From NCBI GenBank assembly GCA_002633005.1, contig NMRA01000013.1:1004599-1068598 (forward strand): DNA of 64,000 nucleotides, read 5' to 3'. Source of the DNA: Phoronis australis. Its lineage: Eukaryota > Animalia > Phoronida. This document shows, piece by piece, positions 1 to 9,800 of this stretch. Both the position numbers and the translations under genes were made by a program. Below the pieces are notes generated by a model. The model saw only the letters and a program-made list of their open reading frames with translations. It had not been told where the DNA came from and ran no database searches. The stretch's first letter is position 1. The number at the start of each line of letters is the position of its first letter.

Positions 1-783
1 CGAATAACGAAGAAATAAATTTTCAAAACTGTGCTGCCTTGGAAGTGAAAAATTAGGTCACTATGTGTTGTCTGCTTAATGAGTGGATTGTTTTTGTCCT
101 GTACATTTCGAGTCCTATGAACTAAACACAGATATCATTTCTACTCAGACAAATAGAAGTTTAGTGTTACCATATATTAGTGCTATAGATTTTTAGACAT
201 ATTAAAACAAGTGTACACAGTCACTTTCTTTGTTTGACTTCATTATATTGATAAGAATTCAGGATGTCAAAGTCGGGGTGTCTGAAAAGAGCCATTTTGT
301 TGGCAGCATCACCTGATCACTTGATTTCTTGCTAGGAACAAACTGCGATGGATTTGATTGTTAAGCGTGATCATACTCAACGTGGAGTTTTGACGTTGAT
401 CAAACACAGAAGAAAACTTTTGTGCTAGAAAGTCTAAAGTTAATATAACTTACGCAATTGAAATAACATAATCCCTATTTTAGCAAGAAAAGCAGGACCT
501 ACAATAAATTTCAATTAAAGTTGTCGCACAAAATAACCTTTCCATCACAATTGTTTTATTCTTTTAATACCAAAAATGTCTGGTATTACTGTCATGGCTA
601 CAAAATTCTAATGACAATGACTAAGCAACCTTTATTTATTAGTAAATTTTCTATTGTTTCGCCTTCATTCTCAGTCAATAAGGCTACTTTGCCGATGAAT
701 TCTGCCTGCCGTTGTGACAGGGAATTTTGGATCATTTTGCCTACCCTTTTCATGCTCTGTATTCTGCTTTCTTGTACTTGAAG

Positions 784-851
784 TATTGGATTTGCTATTC
801 CGGAGGGCGTCGAGAAGTATCTCAAAGTTAAACCGGGCAGCAAAACTGCAG
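784..851 (+). CDS. CACNA2D: alpha2delta exon (IGFAIPEGVEKYLKVKPGSKTA)
   Basis: ttgaag|t acceptor after a pyrimidine tract, cag|gtaag donor; phase joins the next exon. Confidence 0.8.
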
Positions 852-3800
852 GTAAGAGATTATCAATCTCATCAATTTAGGACAAAATGATGGATTAGTG
901 AATTTTTTCTCACTGTTAGAAAAGATTGTGCGTGGGATTTTGTTGAAGCTTTGCCTTGTTCAAGTATGGTGCACATACCTACCATCAAACTGGTACCTAC
1001 TCCGCGTAAAGCGTGGCGTTCACAACAAAGTTTTAGCTTTTAAAAAGCCCTGGGGAAAGTTAAGAAATGGCAATTTTTATAATTATTTTTGTCCGTCGTT
1101 GCTGATAGTTTACCGTATGTTAAAAAGGTTCAAGGTGTACACCTTGACTGGTTCACCTGTACCTGGTTCCCAATTGCCATGGTGTCGGTGCGCAGATGGA
1201 GGTTTATTAAAATGGAGGATTTTACGTCACAGGGAAGCATTTGTATTTCGATGTCATAGATTGAAAGAGAAAATAAAAAAACGGAAACCAAAAGGCACCT
1301 TGACCTCTTCTAAGCACGATAGCACCTAAATTTAGGGTTCTTCAAGCGACCAAGAGGCTCATCTGTGTAAAGCAGTCAACTTGAGCTTGTTATCACAGTC
1401 ACTGTCTAAACCTTCTCGTGTTTGCGACACTGCTTTAATCTTAGCAAATTAAAATGTATGTTTATCAAAAAATGAAAATTATAATTGAAATTATGTCTTT
1501 TGGTTGTTAAGATTGCTTGTCGTTCCGATGTACCATTTCCAGTCGGTGGCAGATCTTAGATATCATGAGGGAGGCCCAGCGTTTTTCATTTTGCAATATT
1601 TGCACCCTTCCCAGCATATGCATAGTAGTCACAGAGAAGTAAATTCATGGTTATTTGCAACGTAATAAATGCCAAAATTTATTTCCGTATAATTTTACTA
1701 TTTATTCTCTTTGTCGTCCGCCAAAGGGGACCCCTGAGCCTCCCCTAAACCCACCACTGGTTTTCTTGCTCTTTGTTTCAATTTTGTCTTTGAATGTTTT
1801 TGTTTTTTCCTAACTTAATAATTCATAAGACTAGTACTGACTTGGTTTTATTGTTTTAGGCATTGAAGCACTTAGGTCAAACACGAGTGAGGTCATCTTA
1901 GCCCCTTGGTAAGTATAAAAAGGCATTTCCAATTGTGTCATTTTTGGAATTTTCAAAGACTGGTTAGCATGCGGCAAATAAAGTAAATTTACTAAATGTT
2001 GTTTTATAACATCTAAACATGGGAAGCAATGCTGAAATTACGCTAAAATGTCCTTAATATTTATTTTTGCGGAGATATTTGAGAAAAGAGAACTTTACTT
2101 GTCTGCAATATGGACAGGTGTGCTAAATTAGTGACGAATTATCACATTCTTGTTTCATTAAAATGGTGACTGTCAGTGGTATGTTAAAAATTAGGTGAAA
2201 ATAATTTCCAGTACTTTTTTCATTCTTCCATAGCTTCTAACAAATTTCTGTAAATCTTCACATTTTCTCGTAACAGTGACTGACAGTAGCTATGGTGCTG
2301 AATTTCAAATTATAGTAAACCAATGTTTTACGCAACAAAATATCAAATAGCATAATTGCACTTGTCCACCAAGCTTGGTCTTAGACCGTTAAACCATTGA
2401 CTTTGATCACAGTTGTCAGGGATTGTAGTACTTCTCTTGTAGTAACTAAATTGTTGGCAGGGTGAACCATAACTTGTGCTTCAAGTTGGTAACTGATCAG
2501 GACAGTGTGGTACAAGTTTACAAAAGATCCCCATTACTTTCTTTTACACAAAATCACTTTGGCAAAGTCACGTAAAATGTACGTAAGAACTCCAGATACT
2601 GTCTCAGAAGTCCCCGGTACTGTATTTGATATCTGATATTGACAACGCTCCGTTTCACGTATAGTTTTTTTGTTTCCGCACAGGAATTACTGTCGTAATA
2701 TCACAATTGGAAACCTGGGAAAAGTCAACGATCCTGCCGTCGTGATCGAGCAGATAGCATCAGGTGATCGAGCATGTAAGTATTAACTATAATTAGATGT
2801 CAAGTTCCCTTAAATAAATAATGATGAATGAAAATAACAAATAGTTCAGGGCCCTCGCGTCCTTTTGGGAAATGTACTTGTGATCGATGATAGGTGAAAT
2901 TTTCCATTAGACAAAATCTCACCCAAGTTTGCTACCGATTCCCTCGCCCCTGATGATGTGGAAGTTTGCGTAATTTTTTAATGTTTTTCCGACAATGAAG
3001 GAAGATGAGCTGCATTGATCCTTAAGGCATCAAGGGCCTGTAATTATATATTAGATGGTCATAAACAAAGTAGAAATTCAAAGTAATACAACATTGATTT
3101 GCATGAAACTGTGAAATAATAAGTCCATATAAATTACTCTCTTTTTGAGCTCATTTTTGCCACTATCAGAATACAGTACCTGAAAACTGTTAAACACATT
3201 CAATCTATCGTATTTGTCGTCTGGTACCACGGCAAATTGCAAAGACAATAAAATATTTGCTTAAATAATAAGTCCTCACCTGTTTGAACCTCAGGATAAG
3301 TCGGCTGTCTCAACAAAATAAATGCCAGGTGCAGAGAGGCTTTTAAATACAAAAAATGACAAATTACTTTGTGTGTAATAACGGGAAATTATAATTGTAA
3401 GTTAAGTCGTCCTTTTATTGAGAGGTCTCTGAGAAAGTGGTTCCTGAAAACTCACACACTGTTTTTATTGCAGGTGTTAATACGGAGGACCTTGTGCCTT
3501 ACCTGTTATGGGATGCCAAGGCATGTAAAGACCTTCACAACAAATGGGTGGAGTTTGACGAAAAACACAGGTGAGAGTTCCTTTGACGTAACGCTTGATT
3601 TGGTTTTGTAAATTAAACCTGTACACCCAAGGGAGTATGAGACACTTTATTTGTGAAGTTGCATAGCTGAAAAAGGATACCAGTGAATTTTGAAGTAGAC
3701 TTGTTATCTTTTGTCAGGGAATGATGTCATCAGGTCAGAGGTGGCAATCTTTTGAGTGAGTGGTTCGAATGAGCTTTTGATCCAAATTCAAGTTTTTTGA

Positions 3801-6800
3801 ATACAAAGACCTGACATCTATAAGTGTCCACATACAAATGCATAACATTATTCCAGTGCCATCTAGTGATAGCTTTGATGACCTGAGCATCGCTAAATGA
3901 TAACTACCGTGTTTGTGAATGACCGAAGTCAGCCAGAAATGTTTAAGTGACTTCACAGTTTACAGATAGAAATGTATGTTCCTCTTGTACGGGAGTCTTG
4001 TAATTTATTTAATTGTTTACTGTTTCAAGTCTTGAAGTTGTTGTTTAATATAATCGAGAGAAATGAAAATTTAAAATTCGTTTGAAAATGAGTGTCATAT
4101 CATAAAGGTACAGGTCATTTGAAATTCAGTGCAATCTGTTTCAGAGGTGACATGGTGTTCCGTATTGTTCAAACCCTTTATGGTGGTCTTACCCGTGCAT
4201 ATCCTGCGTCAGGGTAAGTTTCCAGGAAACAAGTGCATGATTAAAAAGCCTTGTTGCCGTTTTCATTCTGTCATGTTGGCCATTAGATTCGGAATCATGT
4301 TGCAGAGATTCGTTGTTGTAATTTCTTTTCAAAATTTTGAGTGTCATCTTGCCTTCTTGCAAACAGGAAAGGGTTCCATCTAAGTAATGTTTTGAAGCTG
4401 GACCCAACTCGTTCCTTACCCTGATCAGATGTGATTTTGAGCTGGAAAAGAACTGACAGTTTGGGGTTGCTCAGCACCATGCTCTGTGCATAAAATGACC
4501 AGCTAGGTCAAGTCAACAGCAATCAGGAATTAGCAGTTTTTCCCAAATCCAGAAATCCACTCTAAATTTAGTAATGGACAATTTTTTGACAGAAGGATTT
4601 ATTGTCCGTTCAAACTTACTCTTACTGTGTCATCCTCAGTTTGGAATTCTTTGTTTTTTGTTGGCCTTACAGAGCAAACGCATCTTATGGAGCACTAGCC
4701 ATGCATGAAATGTGGAAACATTCGCTCAATCAAGCAGCAGATGCTCATGAGGGGTACCACTTTAGAGCCCCATACACTGCCGGTCCATTCAATCTGTCCG
4801 TCCTAATGGATCTTAATGTGACGAATCTCCACAGCGTTACTGTTGCAACAGCTGTGAGATACAAGACTGAGCGTGTCACAACTGCAGGTGAATTCCTTGG
4901 ATATTTTTATTGATTCGTGAAAAGCATTTGAGGTTATGACTCAGGATCTTTCTGGCATTTTTTTAAGTTCAATGGTTTTTGTGCAAGTGAACAAAGTATG
5001 TATTAGATCATTGTGCAATCATAGTGCCATTGATGGCTTTTTAGCTTGTCTGACCAATTAGAACGCAGCATTCTTGACACACCTTCTTTTCCAAGCTGCC
5101 ATTTTGCCCAACAAACAACACGTTGCTGGGTGAAACTTGTTGGGTTTTTTGTCGACATTTCGCCAAGAGGCGGAGCTTGTGATTGGTCAGTTGTCTACAT
5201 GATAGACTGTAATGTTTTCTCTTCTTAGTTCTCGTGGCGCAGTTGTCAGCAATCAAGCTTCACGCGTTCCTGACAAATCTCACAAACGATGAGGCAGATG
5301 TGTGCTCCGATGACCTGACAGTCGATTGTTACCTATTGGACGAGGGTGCCTTCATAGTGTCTACTAATCAGGAACTACAGACTACAGGACGCTTCCTGGG
5401 CAGAGTTGACACCAGTCTCATGAATGCTCTCGTCAATAATTCCATCTTCAAAAAGTAGGTGGAGTTAAGCTAGTAAGGAAGGTCCAGTGGAGTCTGTGAG
5501 TTTAGTGTTGGTTTTGTACGGCAACAATATAAAGGTTAAGTATGCCCTCCCGCCTAATTGGTGTGAGCTAGACTGGTAGCGTCCAAGGTCAGTCCCCTGG
5601 TACATAGCGGAAACTAGACAGCTCTGGGGCCTGTTCCAACAAAACTGACTTAGATAAGAAATCTTAAGTTTTAGTAAGTTTCAAGATAAAACTTAAATTA
5701 GTCTTGAGACTGTTTTAAGAAAGAGATCTTAAGATTAAATTAAGTTTTTGATAAAAGTTATATCTTAATTTTATTATCTTACCAGATGTTGAAGTTTGGA
5801 AGTATGGAAGTTAAGACAAATCTTAGACTTAAGTCAAAAATGAACTTAAGTCAGTTTCTTTAAATGGGCCCCTGATCTATTCTGGCTAAGAATTGTAGAT
5901 AGAAATGATGTCGGGTAACTTAGCCATGAAGGCTGCCTTTGTCAACAAGGACACATATTGGTCCCCTCATCACAATAAATGTGTTTTACTTTTAATTCTG
6001 CGTTGATGAATGCTGGGTAATAGCAACATGTTTAAAATCCATGTATGCTGCTTTGGTGTTAGTTCTTAGTATATGTGTAGCACTGAAAGACACCTATCAG
6101 GCTAGTCAGATCATGTGACTTTCCAAATAAGGAGGTCGACACTGCCAGGTACTTGACAGCTGACCACACTCGGAGGCTAGAATGAGGCTTGATCAGTTTT
6201 GTGCTTGGCTATTGTCTTAACCAGAAGTTTTTTAATGGGATTCTGGTTGAGATCGTTTTTTAAGAAAAGAAAAATTCTTTCCTTCGCAAAATAACACTGA
6301 GTTTCTGTTGTTTTTGCTTTTAGAACTGTATTCTGGGATCACCAAGCAGCCTGTCCACCCGAGAAAGCCACTGTGAGTGCTGGGCCAAGGACTCTTACTG
6401 TGGTGAGTTGAATAATGATTGTGATAGAAGCCTCTCTATGCTAGAGCACTGAATGGGAGATCTGGCTTTGTGTGTTTTTTATTCTTACCAATAGATGTCT
6501 ATACGTGTTGTTGAGCATTCTGGGTAATGAAAATTGAGCACCTTCTTGTTCTCATATAGCCTGGGTACTGTAAAAATGAGGATAAGTTGGACAGATTTTT
6601 GCTGAACTTTGTCATACTCTGCCTAAGTTTGACACAATTTATATCACAATTATTCAACAGGAACAAGGTATTGTAGTTGTGGAATTTATGTCAGAGATGA
6701 ATTTAGACAGATCCCATAGATATCAGCCTTGTACAAGAGCTATTGAAAGAGTTTTGGGGATTTTAGATGGAATTATCTGCCTATCAGAAAGTATATTAAG

Positions 6801-9800
6801 TGTATTTAGATGCCCTATTGCACTTAAAATTGAAGTTTTGTTGAAGTTAGACATTATGGCCTATTTTGAAATGTCCTGTGCATTTAATCATTCAGCAAGA
6901 AGTTCAACGAACTCTGTTAGAAATTGACCCGAGGCAGCATTTTCGCGGCGTTAACACAATTCATCTAAACTCAAGAAGATGCATGTTGAGTTAAAACTTT
7001 GGGATTGACCTTGGACGCTATTGCACGTGACAGATAAAACCCAACGAACGAAAGTCAGGCATTTCATTTCGTGGTTATCAATTTTTGTTGATCGCTTTTC
7101 CTAAGTTTGTATTGTGCTTTGGTCTGTGGTAGTGTACATAGGTTCCAAGAAATGAAAACAGACCTCAAAAATCTGTTATTGTTGAAGGAGTGGGCGACAA
7201 GGGTTTTACGACTGATAACATAAATACGTGTTTTAGTATTTCAGTCTTGGAGGGGGTAACTAATACTAACAATGGCATAAAAGCCTTTCCCACTGGCTCC
7301 GAAATTTCAGTCAAGGAACACTTAACTTTGGCCTTTGGATCGAAGTTAACAGCGTGAGTTTACACCAGAGTAAAGACTAAGGTGATTTAACAGTGGTCAA
7401 CGCTTAACTTTGGTACCACCAAAGTTATCGGTAGAGGTCACTGCATTTGCCAACAGTGGGCGGTGTCTGTTTAGTATATGTNTTTTTAATTCTATGTTTC
7501 TGTGGTGCTTTAAGCAACTGGTGTATAGGATGTGCTTGTATTATGAACATTACTCACATTTTGCCCCTAGCCTATTGAGGAGACAATGACCATGCCTTTC
7601 CATTTTGCAAAGTATGCCCTCTACTGGCCACTTAATGGTACCAATAAATAACCCTAGAAGGATACCGTATGCGGTGCAATTGTGGGCGCATTTCAACGCT
7701 CCGCGTTGCTCTTGTTTCTTGATAGGGAGTTACTCAAAATAAATGATATAACGTTCTTCTCCATACCGTCATCCCATAAGGATTTCTTAGAAATTGTGGC
7801 CATTCGTTATTATGTTAGAAGGCTTTGAAAATTGAAAAGAATGACAATTATTTTTGTTCAAAATTGGACAGGTGAAATTTTTTCCATACTCAAACTTGTT
7901 TACCCGGGCTCAAGTTTGGAGGGGCTCAGGGCGGCCCCTTCAAAATGATGGGATTTGACACTGTGTTCACTGTCTCGCTGATTCCTTGGATGATCCATTA
8001 ATGGTGAAATCAAATTAATGTCGTTATACAAAATGCTTGTGATACAGGATGTATAGCTAAGTAATCTGCATTTCAGTTCTGGAGTAGTTACAAAGACGAA
8101 AATGTCTCCCTAACTTCCCGAGTTTCATTTAAAGTGGCTTTTGATTTAGACCACTTACCGCTTCGAAATTGGTCTGAAATTGTTTCTGATAGTCATTGGA
8201 GGAGATTTAAGGGCTTTGAAGTAACTGGAAGTTCGTTATCGCCCGAGACTGGGCTTCTTAAGTTGGCTTGTCATAACGCGTCGTTTTATGCGCTGAGCCT
8301 GGTGTCAAATAATGAACTTTGAATTCTTTGCAAACCTAGAAATGACCTTTCATGTAAGTAAGGGCAAAAGTGTTAGTTATAAGCAGTCAAAGTGAAATGT
8401 TCACTTTTCAGGTGAAATGTAGGTTGGCAGTGGCTTTAATTACAAAGTTTTCTTTATCGTTTACAGTACAAGACAGAAGTGATCGAATAAAATACAGTTT
8501 TCCCGTCATGGCTGCTATTGGTATTAACTGTTACAAAATTACGGTGTGGTTTAGCCAGTGTTGTTTATTGCCCGTCATTCTTGGTCATGAGTGGAGACTT
8601 TATTGACAATGAATTTCGCTTCCACCTAGCCATCACGATGGAGGAATTCAGGGTCATTTTGTCGGAATGCATTTGACTTGTACTGTACAGTATTCCCCTT
8701 GTTCACTCTTGAGAACCTTGTATTTCAGCCATTGTTTTATGAAGCACTCAGTCTCAATTGGTGGACAGCAGGGATCACATGGTTGTGGATGAACTTTAAC
8801 CTCTATAACATGCTGTTCTCATCCCCGTCAAGCTTTGGTGAGTTGAACATACACAGCCTCAAAACATCTAACAAGAAATTAAAATCCACTCATAGTTTTT
8901 TATCTTAATTTATAACATAAAATACCAAATGAGTTTTAATGGCATTGACTACGGCCGTCACGTTTCAACTGATGTTGGTGAGCCTTTATTAGCTTTTTTG
9001 TCATAAAAATAAAATGAATATATTCCTGTTGGAATTTGATTCGAACACACTATGTACAGTGCAGTTCATAATTTTTTTATCAGACGGGCATCATCTAGAT
9101 GGTGGCTTCAAAGGGTTGGTGTTTAATTTGCCTCTCTGGGAAGCTGGCATCCAAGACCCCCGTCTTCTAGGCATCCGGTTGTTGATCTTAGTGATCGTCA
9201 TATCAACAACTTACCATATGATGGGATGTTCACTTGTTTCATAGAATAATATTATCAATGAAAAAGTAAATACATTTTTCTCGGTTGCATGTGGTCTGTC
9301 ATGTCCACCATAGTTTTAAATTTTATCCATCGGAAGTCGCTTCCATGCGTTTAAATTGCTTAAAGGTTGTGCAGTACATAGCCACGATAATTAAAAAATT
9401 GTCATGAATTTACTTTCATGACGGCAAGATGCCTGTGAAATTCATTGCTACAATAGTTATCCATCAGTCTGATGGCGTCGTCATTGTCGCTAAAACAGCT
9501 TTTTTAAATTATCTCTTATGACAGGAAACTTGGTAATAGCTGAATGTAACATGCCCGCATTTTGAGAACCAGTTTTACCCATTGAATAACAGGCATTAAG
9601 ATGGTTCTCAAAATGCGAACATGTTATGTCCAACAATTGCTGGAAACAGGTACTGTGCCTGCTTTTTTCCAATGTGTACTGCTGTTTGTCAGATGTTATC
9701 AAGAATGATTTTTCGTGTTTGTTAACAATTCTAGTGTCAGCTGAGTTGGGCACGGATGCGTTCACCAATCGAAGCTGTACCAACGAGACATATCAGTATC

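Noticed and set aside
898-1329. 143-aa ORF on +
   Set aside because: Lies in an alpha2delta intron over repeat-like DNA; no recognisable motif, and the flanking exons join without it.
4367-4383. Possible alpha2delta micro-exon (cag|gaaagggttccatctaa|gtaat)
   Set aside because: 17 nt would shift the frame between exons that already join in phase.
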